Source: Acidobacteriaceae bacterium (GTDB lineage: Bacteria; Acidobacteriota; Terriglobia; Terriglobales; Acidobacteriaceae). From it: DNA of 64,000 nucleotides. The notes beneath the pieces were generated by a model. That model ran no database searches, was not told where the DNA came from, and saw only the letters and a program-made list of their open reading frames with translations. Below, in pieces: positions 46,319 through 55,687 of the stretch. Positions within the stretch are counted from its first letter, which is position 1. Every line of letters starts with the position of its first letter. The stretch lies in NCBI GenBank assembly GCA_965199135.1, contig OZ240685.1, positions 570,528 to 634,527 of the forward strand. Direction: 5' to 3'. Both the position numbers and the translations under genes were made by a program.

Positions 46319-46506
46319 TCGCTACCTTCCTCCCACCAAGTTCAGCCGCAGCCGAGTGTACAAGCTTTCCCCTGGCCTCGCGAACAGAGCAGCTTTCCCG
46401 TGTCGCGCGAATATTCGGTGAAGTGTTCTTTACCGGACCGATTCCAGGGGCCAGAAACGATTACTTGTTCAGAAGACCGCATAAGGGATCGGAGGCTGAG
46501 TCTTCC

Positions 46507-46974
46507 ATGAACGCTTCGAGAGCGCTTTCTGCCTATGCGATGCGCCCCTGCCCGCCCGCGCTTCCAGCTCCACGGGAGCACCCCATTCTGTCGATCGGCC
46601 GCGATGAGCCACTGCTTGCCAGCCGTGCTGGCGTGCTCAATCTGCTGGGGCGAAAGATCGTTTCTGTTCCGCCCCGCGAAGCGTTCGACCTGCTCCAGGA
46701 GGACCGGCCTTTCTCTCTTATCGTTCTTGGCCACACCCTCACGCCTGGAGAGATCAGCACCTTCTCAGCGCTCGCTCGAAAGCAGAGGCCAGCGCCGTGC
46801 CTCCTGATGATTTACGTGCGACTACGCCCCGCAGAACTGGACGAGAAGGTGGATGCCCAGGTGGAGTCGCTGGACGGCCCGGCCGAACTCCTTCGTCGGA
46901 GCAGCCTGCTTCTTGGGCTCGATCCCACGGTGATCTGTCCCAGGAAAGGGGTCAGCGCGGCACCGCAATCGTGA
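46507..46974 (+). CDS. hypothetical protein with a receiver-like alpha/beta pattern
   Basis: 155 aa. Coding-like codon usage. PILSIGRDEPLL, FSLIVLGHTL and CLLMIY strands are reminiscent of a degenerate CheY fold. No confident family assignment. Confidence 0.4.
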   Translation: MNASRALSAYAMRPCPPALPAPREHPILSIGRDEPLLASRAGVLNLLGRKIVSVPPREAFDLLQEDRPFSLIVLGHTLTPGEISTFSALARKQRPAPCLLMIYVRLRPAELDEKVDAQVESLDGPAELLRRSSLLLGLDPTVICPRKGVSAAPQS

Positions 46975-47947
46975 GGATGCGGTCCGGGCGGATTCGGCCG
47001 GCAAAGAGATCCCGCAGCGCCAGCACATTCCCCCACAGTCTCCCTCGCCGGTCGACATAGGCCTCCGGCCTGAGGCTGCGCAACAGGTTCGCAAGCAGAT
47101 TCCGGCCCACATACTGCGCCATGTAGTACCAGGGGTACGATCCTTTCCGAAACAGGTACACCGGGTTCGCAATTTGCGAGTAGCCGAGCCGGCGCCCTGA
47201 CAGGCGCCCCACCTTGGCGCCCAGATGCACCCCCATCGCATTCGGCACCCTGCGAATCCACCCTCCCGTACACGCCGAGAGTCGCCGCGAAAAATCCACA
47301 TCCTCATGCCAGGCATACGCCGGCAGAGCCTCATCAAAGAAGAGTCCGCAGGCCTCAATCGCGTCTAGCCGGAACGCCATGTTGCAACCATAGGTGTTGT
47401 AGGCCGGCACCGGCGTCGACTGCGCCGCCTCGGCGGATCGCAGCACCCGTGCTGCATCCTCAAGCGTCAGCCCGGGGCCACCGATCCCATCCGCCAGGAT
47501 CTGCCCCGTACTCGCCACCATCTGCGCCTGTCGCGCAAACGCGGAACGCGTCACAGCCAGGTACCCAGGGTCCATGAAGAAGTCATCGTCCAGAAACAAA
47601 ATCAGGTCGTACTGACCAGTGCAGGACCGGAGAATCCGATTGCGCTGCATGCACAGGCCGGCGGCACTTTGAAGAAACGAAACCGACGGAAACAGGATCG
47701 GGGCGTCTCCAACATCGGAGCCGTCGACGTAACACACGGTAACCGCGTCGGCCAGGTCGCTCTGGGCTACAAGAGCTGCCAGGGTCTCCTTCAAAATGGC
47801 AGGGCGACCACGGGTAGCGATGCCAATAATCAGGCTGAGCCGCGGCAATGCAATGCTTGCTGCGCCTGCTGTAGCATCCCTATGTTCATCCCGCTGCCGC
47901 TCGCTCACGACTCTCAGCGTTCTAACCAGACCCTCGGCTGCCGCCAT
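46952..47947 (-). CDS. family 2 glycosyltransferase
   Basis: LSLIIGIATRGRP start of a GT-A fold and a LFLDDDFF DxD motif. AGGAGG lies upstream of the ATG. Confidence 0.8.
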   Translation of the reverse strand: MAAAEGLVRTLRVVSERQRDEHRDATAGAASIALPRLSLIIGIATRGRPAILKETLAALVAQSDLADAVTVCYVDGSDVGDAPILFPSVSFLQSAAGLCMQRNRILRSCTGQYDLILFLDDDFFMDPGYLAVTRSAFARQAQMVASTGQILADGIGGPGLTLEDAARVLRSAEAAQSTPVPAYNTYGCNMAFRLDAIEACGLFFDEALPAYAWHEDVDFSRRLSACTGGWIRRVPNAMGVHLGAKVGRLSGRRLGYSQIANPVYLFRKGSYPWYYMAQYVGRNLLANLLRSLRPEAYVDRRGRLWGNVLALRDLFAGRIRPDRILTIAVPR

Positions 47948-48225
47948 GAGGTCCTCCTGCGCACACGTGCGCTTCTCTCGCGGTGGTCCCCAGCCTTGGG
48001 CGCTCTTGCATGCCCAGCCGGGAGGTGCCCTGCCCCAGTATTAGTAACGTAGGCAACGACAATCATCAGTCTTCCGTAACCGTTCGGACAGTATGCATCG
48101 CGGATGGTTTTCTTCGCAACGCTTTGCCAATCAATACGGAAGAGAGAGGCGCAATACCTTCTCCCAAACCGGAACAAGCCGAAACGAGCCCGGCTCTCGG
48201 GTACCATCGCGAGAAGAGAGCACCC

Positions 48226-49026
48226 ATGGCCCTAGACGACAATCCCCGGCAACATGCTTACACTGGTCGCGCGATCTCAGCGCCAGAAGAACCCTCGCAC
48301 GCTGAACGCGTCCGCACCCTGCTCTCCCTCGCCAGCACCGCGACCCTCTCCTCCCAGTCACGGAGGCATCCAGGGTTTCCCTTTGGCTCGCTGATGCCCT
48401 ATGCCCTCGATCCAGAGGGCCGCCTGCTCTTTCTCATCAGCAACATGGCGATGCACACCCAGAACCTGCGTGCCGACCCCCGCGCCAGCCTCTTCGTCAG
48501 CCAGGCCGCGTCGGTCGGCGAGGATACCCTTGGCGCCGCGCGCGTGACCGTTGTCGGCGAAGCCCACCCCGTGCCGGTTTCCGAGATCGCAGACGTTCGC
48601 GAGCCCTACCTCGTCCGCCACGAAAACAGCCGCTACTGGGTCGACTTCGCCGACTTCCACTTCTTCCGCCTGGAACCAGTGGACATCTACTATGTGGGCG
48701 GCTTCGGAACCATGGGCTGGGTGGAGCGCGAGCACTACACCGCAGCCTCCGCGGACCCGCTTGCCCCGGCCGCCGCCGGGATCCTGGGCCACATGAACGC
48801 CGATCACAGGGACGCGATGCTCCGGATTGCGCAGCAGCAGCGCGGGCTCGAGGCAAGCGAAGCGACGATGACCGGGATCGACCGGCTTGGCTTCACGTTG
48901 CGGCTGAAGACTGCAGATGGGATGAAGGGAACGCGGATCAACTTCCCGCGCGAAGTGCGCACGCCCGAGCAGACACGCGCCGCACTGGTCGCGATGGTCG
49001 GCGAGGCCAGAAATGCGAAGCCCTAG
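48226..49026 (+). CDS. HugZ-like / PNPOx-fold protein with a DUF2470 C-terminal domain (heme utilisation family)
   Basis: GFPFGSLMPYALD, LISNMAMHTQNL and a split-barrel pattern. C-terminal HMNADHRDAM is typical of DUF2470. ATG at 48226; the upstream part of the track ORF is non-coding-like. Confidence 0.65.
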   Translation: MALDDNPRQHAYTGRAISAPEEPSHAERVRTLLSLASTATLSSQSRRHPGFPFGSLMPYALDPEGRLLFLISNMAMHTQNLRADPRASLFVSQAASVGEDTLGAARVTVVGEAHPVPVSEIADVREPYLVRHENSRYWVDFADFHFFRLEPVDIYYVGGFGTMGWVEREHYTAASADPLAPAAAGILGHMNADHRDAMLRIAQQQRGLEASEATMTGIDRLGFTLRLKTADGMKGTRINFPREVRTPEQTRAALVAMVGEARNAKP

Positions 49027-49051
49027 GCGGGCAACGGAATTTAAGAAGGGT

Positions 49052-49126
49052 TGGAGGCGCGGGCCGGGATCGAACCGGCGCATAAAGGTTTTGCAGACCT
49101 CTCCCTTACCACTTGGGTACCGCGCC
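49052..49126 (-). tRNA. tRNA-Cys (GCA)
   Basis: Folded by hand: acceptor GGCGCGG/CCGCGCC, anticodon loop CUGCAAA, T-arm GCCGG-TTCGATC-CCGGC, discriminator U, encoded CCA. Confidence 0.95.
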
Positions 49127-49176
49127 GCTGTGGGGATTGCCGACTGTACCCAAAACGCTTCAGGAGTGGAAGCGCC

Positions 49177-49251
49177 TGGAGCGGGAGACGGGACTTGAAC
49201 CCGCGACCCTCGCCTTGGCAAGGCGATGCTCTACCACTGAGCTACTCCCGC
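49177..49251 (-). tRNA. tRNA-Gly (GCC)
   Basis: Folded by hand: acceptor GCGGGAG/CTCCCGC, D-arm GCTC-AGTGGTA-GAGC, anticodon loop TTGCCAA, T-loop TTCAAGT, encoded CCA. Confidence 0.95.
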
Positions 49252-49420
49252 TTGGTACAAGTGAAAGTCTACTGAACCGGGAGTGCGTGGTCAACTTCAA
49301 GGCCCAGCCCTGACGAAAACCTGTTGGGCCACTCAGGTGGCATCGATCACGCGTTCGCCATCCTTGTTGCCGCTGCCCAGCCCTGCCTCATCAGCTCTCC
49401 CGAAGTCTTATAGTGGGCGC

Positions 49421-50608
49421 ATGTCCAGGGCTGCGTCTTCCCGGTTTATGTTCCCTCCACGCTTCGTGCGGCTCTCTTGCTTGCTCTGCATGCTCCTGCT
49501 GTTCTCCATGCCGGCGCATCAGGTGAGCGCACAAGCCGGTGACGAAGCCCAGGGGCGCTGGAGCGAGGCTCGGGCCAACGCCTGGTATGCCAGACAACCC
49601 TGGCTCGTCGGCGCAGATTTTCTTCCCTCCACCGCCTCGAACCAGCTGGAAATGTGGCAGGCCGCCACCTTCGATCCCACGACGATCGACCGCGAACTTG
49701 GATTCGCCGAAGGCGTCGGCATGAACACGGTGCGCGTGTTTCTCCACGATCTGCTCTGGCAGCAGGATCCGCAGGGCTTTACGGGGCGCATCGATACATT
49801 CCTCGGCCTCGCCGCAAAACACCATATCCGCCCTGTACTTGTGCTGTTCGACTCCTGTGGAGACTCCTACCCGAAACTCGGCCCGCAGGACCCGCCGATC
49901 CCCGGCGTCCACAACTCCCGATGGCTGCAGTCGCCCGGCACGGTCGGCCTCACAGATCCCTCAGCCACGCCGCGCCTGCAAAACTACGTGAAGGGCGTCA
50001 TCGGCGCTTTCGCCAATGACCCGCGCGTGCTCGCGTGGGATCTCTGGAACGAGCCTGACAATGTGAACCCCGATTCGGTTCGCAGGGGCGATCCCAGAGA
50101 GAAGGACGATCTCATCCTCGTTCTGCTCCCAAAGGTTTACGCCTGGGCGCGCAGCGCGCATCCCACGCAGCCGCTGACCAGCGGCGTATGGAAAGGAGAT
50201 GGGAGCCTGCCGCTTACCCTTTCCCCGATCGCGCACGTACAGGTGGAGCAGAGCGACATCCTCAGCTTTCACAACTACAGCTGGCCTGAAAACTTCGAGC
50301 ACCGCGTCGAAGACTTCGAACAGTACCATCGCCCTCTGCTCTGCACCGAGTACATGGCTCGACCCCTGGGCTCCACCTTCGACACCATCCTGCCGATCGC
50401 GAAGGCGCATCACGTCGGGATGATCAACTGGGGTCTGGTTGCTGGCCGCACGCAGACCTACTACCCCTGGGAGTCAACCGAGCACCCCTACGTCCACGGC
50501 GATCCGCCCGTCTGGTTCCACGACATCTTCTATCCAACGGGCAAACCGTATCGGCCACGCGAGGCAGAGATTCTCCGCTCAGTCACCGGCAGGGGCGCTT
50601 CGCAGTAA
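49421..50608 (+). CDS. secreted clan GH-A glycoside hydrolase (GH5-like cellulase/xylanase family)
   Basis: Signal peptide ending SAQA. GMNTVRVF, WDLWNEPDN (acid/base) and LLCTEYM (nucleophile context). ATG at 49421. Confidence 0.6.
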   Translation: MSRAASSRFMFPPRFVRLSCLLCMLLLFSMPAHQVSAQAGDEAQGRWSEARANAWYARQPWLVGADFLPSTASNQLEMWQAATFDPTTIDRELGFAEGVGMNTVRVFLHDLLWQQDPQGFTGRIDTFLGLAAKHHIRPVLVLFDSCGDSYPKLGPQDPPIPGVHNSRWLQSPGTVGLTDPSATPRLQNYVKGVIGAFANDPRVLAWDLWNEPDNVNPDSVRRGDPREKDDLILVLLPKVYAWARSAHPTQPLTSGVWKGDGSLPLTLSPIAHVQVEQSDILSFHNYSWPENFEHRVEDFEQYHRPLLCTEYMARPLGSTFDTILPIAKAHHVGMINWGLVAGRTQTYYPWESTEHPYVHGDPPVWFHDIFYPTGKPYRPREAEILRSVTGRGASQ

Positions 50609-50671
50609 GGCACGTGCATGGAGCAACCTCTCTGGCATTCGTAAGCCGAAGATAGAGTCCACCCCACATCC

Positions 50672-51949
50672 TCAGTGCCGCACAAAGCTCCACACCAGGC
50701 ACCCCGATGCCGCGAAGATCGTCGCCGTGGTCGTCCACCCGAGTACATTCATCCACAGCCCGTTGACCTTGTCTCCCATCAGCGACCGGCGATTGGTGAG
50801 CACCATGATCAAGAGCATCAACGGAGGCGTCGAGAACCCCTGCACGATCCCGGCCACCACCAGCGCATGCATCGGGTTGATCCCGAGGAAGTTCAGAATC
50901 ATCGCTGCCAGGGTGAACGCGGTGATCGCTCCGTAGAAGAGCTTTGCCTCTCCCGGTTTATAGTTGAGCCCGTTCCGCCAGCCGGCACTCTGGCACACGT
51001 CATAGGCCGCGCCCGTCGTCATCACCGGGATCGCGAGAAAACCCACGCCGATAATTCCCAGCGTGAACAGCAGGCCAGCCGCCTTCCCGGCGAGCGGCGC
51101 GAGTGATTGCGCCGCTTCGGTCGCTGTCGTGATCTCATGCTTGCCCGCAGCAAACAACGTCGCAGCCGTCGACAGGATGATGAAGTACATCACCACGTTT
51201 GAGAACAGCATGCCGAAAATCACATCCCACAGGCTCGTCTTGAGTGCCTCGTCCGTGGTCCCACGCCGCGCGCGCAGCGTACGCTTGCCGGCCGCGATCT
51301 TCTCTTCCACTTCTTCGTTCGACTGCCATGTATAGAGGTAGGCCGAGAGCGACGTCCCCACGATCGCTACCAGGATCGCGAGCGAATCCCGGTCCATGTG
51401 CATCGACGGGATCAGCGTTCCCCGCGCAACCTCAGCCAGTTTCGGGTGCGCCAGAAATGCCGACACCACGTACGCCAGGAGCGACATCGCGAGCACGCGA
51501 AACACATTGCGGATCAGCGCGTACGAGCCCCAGACCTGGAACGCCAGCGACAACAGCGTGACGCCCAGCAGGATCACCCATTGCGGCACATGGATCAGGA
51601 TCCCAAGCGCTGCCGCCATCCCGCCCAGGTCCGCCCCGGCCTCTATGATGTTGCCGAACAAGACGCCCGCAAGAATGACGAGGAGCAGCGCACGCGGCAC
51701 CTCGTCGCGGAGGACGCAGAATAGTCCCTGGCCAGTCACCTGCCCGAGCTTGCCCGAGAGATACACGACCGCCACCATCATGGGCAGCGTCACCGGCGCA
51801 GTCCACAGCGCCTTGTAGCCAAGCTGCGCGCCCGCCTGCGCGTAGGTCCCAATCGCCGAGCAGTCGTCGTCCGCGGCGCCGGTGATCAGTCCGAGCCCAA
51901 GGGACCGCAGGACGGTGTGCTGGCGTGGGGTGCCGGCTTTCGCTTCCAT
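50672..51949 (-). CDS. NRAMP-family divalent metal transporter, variant DDD-type subgroup
   Basis: LGLGLITGAADDDCSAIGTYAQAGAQLGYKALW matches the NRAMP-related subgroup that carries GA(S/A)DDDPSGI instead of the canonical DPGN. Eleven or so TM segments. Confidence 0.75.
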   Translation of the reverse strand: MEAKAGTPRQHTVLRSLGLGLITGAADDDCSAIGTYAQAGAQLGYKALWTAPVTLPMMVAVVYLSGKLGQVTGQGLFCVLRDEVPRALLLVILAGVLFGNIIEAGADLGGMAAALGILIHVPQWVILLGVTLLSLAFQVWGSYALIRNVFRVLAMSLLAYVVSAFLAHPKLAEVARGTLIPSMHMDRDSLAILVAIVGTSLSAYLYTWQSNEEVEEKIAAGKRTLRARRGTTDEALKTSLWDVIFGMLFSNVVMYFIILSTAATLFAAGKHEITTATEAAQSLAPLAGKAAGLLFTLGIIGVGFLAIPVMTTGAAYDVCQSAGWRNGLNYKPGEAKLFYGAITAFTLAAMILNFLGINPMHALVVAGIVQGFSTPPLMLLIMVLTNRRSLMGDKVNGLWMNVLGWTTTATIFAASGCLVWSFVRH

Positions 51950-51993
51950 CTCAGGGGAGACGTGAGCTGCTGATTTGGGGTTGGTCCGGCCGC

Positions 51994-52725
51994 TTAGAGA
52001 TGGGCAACTTCGGCGTGCGTCGGCACCATCGCGCCATCCCGCATCTGCAGGGTGCGATCCGCAAACGCTGCGGCTTCCGGATTATGCGTGATCATCAACA
52101 CTGTCTGCCCGAAGACCTTGTTCGAGTGCCGCAGCATGGCCAGCACCGCATCGGAGTTCTTTGTGTCGAGGTTGCCGGTGGGTTCATCGGCCAAGATGAT
52201 TGCCGGCTTCGTCACAAGCGCCCGAAGAATGGCCACGCGCTGCTGCTCACCACCCGAAAGCTCCGAAGGCCGGTGACCGAGCCGTCCACCAACGCCGAGC
52301 ATCTCGGTAAGCTCCGCGAGACGCTTGCGATCCAGCGTCTCCCCAGGACTCGCAATCTCGTGCGCGATCTCGATATTTCCCAGGGCCGAAAGCGTGGGAA
52401 GAAGGTTGAACTTCTGGAACACGAAGCCAATCTTGGTCTTGCGCATCCGGGTCCGCTCGGCATCCGAAAGCGCCGCGAAATCCACGCCGTCGATCCGTAC
52501 ATGCCCGGAGGTCGCCTGGGTCAGGCCGCCCAGGATGTAAAACAATGTGGACTTGCCGCTGCCCGAAGGGCCGATGATCGAAACAAACTCGCCTGTTTCC
52601 ACGGCAAACGAAACATCAACCAGCGCAGGAACCTGCAGTTTGCCGACCTTGTAGGTCTTGCCGAGGTGCTCGGCCTCAATGATGGGTCGGGTGGGTTGCG
52701 AAACTGCGGCGGTAGTCACCCCCAC
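51994..52725 (-). CDS. ABC transporter ATP-binding protein (MacB/LolD/FtsE-like clade)
   Basis: Walker A GPSGSGKST, signature LSGGEQQR, Walker B ILADEPT, H-loop. GTG start. Confidence 0.9.
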   Translation of the reverse strand: MGVTTAAVSQPTRPIIEAEHLGKTYKVGKLQVPALVDVSFAVETGEFVSIIGPSGSGKSTLFYILGGLTQATSGHVRIDGVDFAALSDAERTRMRKTKIGFVFQKFNLLPTLSALGNIEIAHEIASPGETLDRKRLAELTEMLGVGGRLGHRPSELSGGEQQRVAILRALVTKPAIILADEPTGNLDTKNSDAVLAMLRHSNKVFGQTVLMITHNPEAAAFADRTLQMRDGAMVPTHAEVAHL

Positions 52726-52749
52726 ATTCTAGGCCACCCGGGCCGAAAT

Positions 52750-53208
52750 CTAGGCGTGGGCGCCCATCGCCCCGCCGAAAGCAGGCATCGCCGGGGCTCC
52801 CTGCGACGCAGACACGGCACGCTTCGGACCACGCTTACGCACCATCAGCATGCGGATCCGCTCCACCATTTCAGTCGGCGTCACCGCGCCCTTGGGCAGA
52901 AACGCATCGGCTGCATCGGCCCGCGCGAAATCCTTCACCGTCGAGCTCACCAGCAGCGCCGGAACCTCCGGGCTCTCGCTCTTCATGCGGCGCACCATCG
53001 TGTTTCCATCCATACCCGGCAGCAGAAGGTCGCTCAGCACCAGGTCAATGCCACCCTCCTTGAAGCGGTCCAGTGCATCGTTAGCACTCAGGGCTTCGAC
53101 CACGCGGTAGCCGCGGGTTTCCAGCATGAACTTCCGTACGCTGAGTGCCTGTTCGTTGCCATCCACAAGAAGAATCACTTTTTTCGGTCGCATCGTTTTC
53201 GTATCCAT
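52750..53208 (-). CDS. single-domain response regulator (CheY-like receiver)
   Basis: KKVILLVDGNE, LVLSDLLLPGMDG (phospho-acceptor Asp context), LLVSST and FLPKG. ATG at 53208; the upstream 75 codons of the track ORF look non-coding. Confidence 0.85.
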   Translation of the reverse strand: MDTKTMRPKKVILLVDGNEQALSVRKFMLETRGYRVVEALSANDALDRFKEGGIDLVLSDLLLPGMDGNTMVRRMKSESPEVPALLVSSTVKDFARADAADAFLPKGAVTPTEMVERIRMLMVRKRGPKRAVSASQGAPAMPAFGGAMGAHA

Positions 53209-53710
53209 CCACTTCGTTTGTGCTGGTTCACGGGCAGGCATGACGCCGCGCCTGCCCCCAAACCGGGTTCCATGCGCCGTGCCAGCGGCTGCAGGGTATT
53301 TCAGGCAACAGGGGGCCGTTCGCGCCGGAGGCGTCTCCACGCGGAGACAAAGCTCCGGCGAGCGCGCCGTAGGCACGGTTTCGGCTCCGTTTGCCCGGAA
53401 AGACCGCCGGAACAAAACAGGCACGGGGAACAAAGGCCAGTGATCCCGGAATTCCGTGGAAAACGGCGGTTGTTCAGCTCAAGTTGTCGAGTAAAGGCGA
53501 AAGTTGCGCTTGGGAGCCTTGCAATTCGGCGTTTGCCGTCCCTCGTTGGCTCCCCAACGCTTGCTCAGACTACGGAGGTCCCCCCACCGGCGCAATGGCG
53601 AACAGAAAGGGAACAGAGAAAGCGATCCACATCGCAATACAAGGAAATCTGGCCGAAAAGTGGCAGAACCCGCGCCCTGTATGGTCTCGGGGCTGTGGAA
53701 GGAATGTGCA

Positions 53711-54661
53711 TCACGAAAGGAAAAACCGTCCCTCTGCCACGGGAACGGTGCTACCTCCTACACGAACGTAACTGGAGGCGTCCCACTTTTGCCCCCTCCC
53801 CGGCTCCGAAACCGCTGCTCTGCTCTCCAGCACGAGACGTGCGCGGCAAAACAGGGTACTGGGCCGCCCCATCTCCACGCCCTGGTCAATCCGCAGCACG
53901 GTTTCTGCCGGTGCAAAGCCGTGGTGGACGAGGTAGGCCGTCGCACAACCCGCCGCCGACCCGGTTGCCGGGTCTTCCCCGTTGTAGAACTGCATCCGGG
54001 CGCGCCAGGAGTTCGACGCCGCCCCGGGCGCGACCACGTAGAAAAACCGTCCGCTTGTGCCCGCCAGGTAGGTCTCCGCGGCCCCACGAGACACCGCCAG
54101 CGCCCGGAGAGCCTCCACCGAGACAAGTGGGACCACCACGAAAGGCAGACCCGTAGAAACGGTCTGGACCGGTCGTACCGGGTCGAGCGTCTCGAGTGGC
54201 AGGCCAAGTGCTTCCGCAACAGCAGCGCGGTCATGCACCTGGCCCATCTGGGGGAGCGGCTGCTCCATCTCGCCCGAAGTGGCCTGGCCGAATGGAACCC
54301 CATCGGCCGCCGCCACGTCTGCAAAGCGCACCGGGACCGCCCCGGCCTTCAGGCGCAGCCGGATTTCCGCTGCTGCAGCAAGCGCCGGCACGATCCAACG
54401 CAGCGCCGTCGCCGTACCCAGCGTGGGGTGTCCGGCAAACGGCAGCTCTTCCTCGGTCGTGAAGATCCGCACCGGGACGCTGCCATCCGGGTGACTGTCG
54501 TCCGGGAAGCAGAACGAGGTTTCTGAGAGGTTGGTCTCGCGGGCGAGCGCCTGCATCTCGGCGCCCGACAGGCCGGCCGCGTTCCGAAACACGGCCAGCT
54601 GGTTGCCGGCGAGGGCCCGGTCGGTGAACACATCGAGCAAAAGGTAGGGATATTCGCGCAA
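53711..54661 (-). CDS. PhzF-family isomerase-like protein
   Basis: YLLLDVFTDRALAGNQLAVF, ETNLSETSF and a duplicated DapF-like fold pattern. TTG at 54661 has GGAGAG 7 nt upstream; the ORF is open to 54811. Confidence 0.8.
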   Translation of the reverse strand: MREYPYLLLDVFTDRALAGNQLAVFRNAAGLSGAEMQALARETNLSETSFCFPDDSHPDGSVPVRIFTTEEELPFAGHPTLGTATALRWIVPALAAAAEIRLRLKAGAVPVRFADVAAADGVPFGQATSGEMEQPLPQMGQVHDRAAVAEALGLPLETLDPVRPVQTVSTGLPFVVVPLVSVEALRALAVSRGAAETYLAGTSGRFFYVVAPGAASNSWRARMQFYNGEDPATGSAAGCATAYLVHHGFAPAETVLRIDQGVEMGRPSTLFCRARLVLESRAAVSEPGRGQKWDASSYVRVGGSTVPVAEGRFFLS

Positions 54662-54982
54662 ACTGTTTCTCTCCTGGAGGGCGGAATCGGCACAAAGTCT
54701 CTGTGCTATGCTCGCTTCACCACCGGCACACATGCATCCAGCCCAGTCCAACCCGCAGCTGTCGCCGTCACTGACGACCACGGGATCATTGGGGTTTGGA
54801 TGCCGTTCCATGCGGTGTTCCTGTCTTTGTACAGGGCGGCGGCTGCGTTAGCCCTCCCGGGCTCGGTAGCCTGACCGCGGCTTCTTCGCACCCCTCCCGA
54901 TCCCCTGGGCATCTCTCTAAGCACGGCCTGTGCCGGCGAACTTTCCCGGATCCCGCAAAGGGACCGGACATCTGGAGACCGC

Positions 54983-55642
54983 ATGAGCATCACCGCTGAA
55001 TCGCGTATTCCCCGCATCCTCGAGCAGGCCCCGGACTTCGAGGCCAAGAGCACCCACGGCGTCATCAAGCTGAGCGACTACCTCGCGCAGGGCAAGTACG
55101 TCATGCTGTTCTCGCATCCGTCGGACTTCACACCCGTCTGCACTACCGAGTTCATCGCGTTCGCCAAGCGCCAGGCCGACTGGGATCGCCTCAACGTTCA
55201 GCCGATCGGCGTCTCGATCGACTCCGTCTTTTCGCACATCGCCTGGGTTCGCGACATGGAGCAGATCGGTGGCGTGAAAATCCAGTTTCCGCTCGTCGCC
55301 GACCTCGACTTCAAGGTCTCGATCGCCTACGGCCTGGTCCATGAGGCAGTCTCCGACACCGCTGCGGTACGTGCCGTCTTCGCGATCGACCCCAAGGGCA
55401 AGATCCGCGCCATCATCTACTACCCGCCGCAGCTTGGCCGCAGCGTCGACGAGATTGTGCGCATCTTTGAAGCCATCCAGACCTCGGACAAGAACGGTGT
55501 TTCGGTCGGAGCCGACTGGCAGCCAGGCCAGCCCGTGATCGTACCCAGCCCCGCGACCGTGGCCGACGCTGAGAAACGCACCAATGGCGGCGGAGCCGGT
55601 CTGCAGGTGGAAACCTGGTACCTGTCGAAGAAGACGCTTTAA
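54983..55642 (+). CDS. 1-Cys peroxiredoxin (Prx6 subfamily)
   Basis: LFSHPSDFTPVCTTE active site. It contains a single Cys in the whole protein. Confidence 0.9.
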   Translation: MSITAESRIPRILEQAPDFEAKSTHGVIKLSDYLAQGKYVMLFSHPSDFTPVCTTEFIAFAKRQADWDRLNVQPIGVSIDSVFSHIAWVRDMEQIGGVKIQFPLVADLDFKVSIAYGLVHEAVSDTAAVRAVFAIDPKGKIRAIIYYPPQLGRSVDEIVRIFEAIQTSDKNGVSVGADWQPGQPVIVPSPATVADAEKRTNGGGAGLQVETWYLSKKTL

Positions 55643-55657
55643 TCCTCGCCCGGCAGC

Positions 55658-55687
55658 AAAGCCGCATCCTCCCGGATGCGGCTTTTT
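55658..55687 (+). terminator. rho-independent terminator after the peroxiredoxin gene
   Basis: aaagccgcatcc-tccc-ggatgcggcttt followed by a T run. It also abuts the stop of the convergent DUF4136 gene. Confidence 0.6.

Noticed and set aside
48040-48075. Fur-box-like sequence (acaatcatcagt) upstream of the HugZ-like gene
   Set aside because: It gives only about 8 of 12 matches to the core of the Fur consensus in my alignment, which is too weak to call.
48358-49221. 287-aa minus-strand ORF, plus several small ORFs across 49013..49313
   Set aside because: They overlap two well-folded tRNA genes and run antisense to the HugZ-like gene, so they are not coding.
49027-49420. tRNA-Gly/tRNA-Cys as an integration site for a genomic island
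   Set aside because: There is no integrase, no phage or transposase genes, and I noticed no direct repeat of either tRNA 3-prime end nearby. The flanking genes look like ordinary chromosomal content.
53570-53632. 20-aa hydrophobic mini-ORF (MWIAFSVPFLFAIAPVGGPP) on the minus strand inside the 502-bp gap
   Set aside because: There is no Shine-Dalgarno sequence upstream, it lies about 360 nt from the next gene, and an ORF this short could easily arise by chance.
53209-53710. Housekeeping RNA (RNase P, tmRNA, SRP/4.5S, 6S) or an M-box/Mn riboswitch in the long gap
   Set aside because: I could not find the conserved cores: GAGGAAAGUCC for RNase P, the tRNA-like ends of tmRNA, or the SRP GGAA/AGCA domain IV motif. 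Riboswitch consensus elements were also not recognisable by eye. It is kept only as an unexplained non-coding region.
51925-54156. 743-aa plus-strand ORF spanning the ABC ATPase, the response regulator, the 502-bp gap and part of the PhzF gene
   Set aside because: The translation is Arg/His/Pro-rich nonsense with no motifs. It runs antisense to three genes with clear family signatures. This is the typical stop-codon-poor shadow frame of GC-rich DNA.
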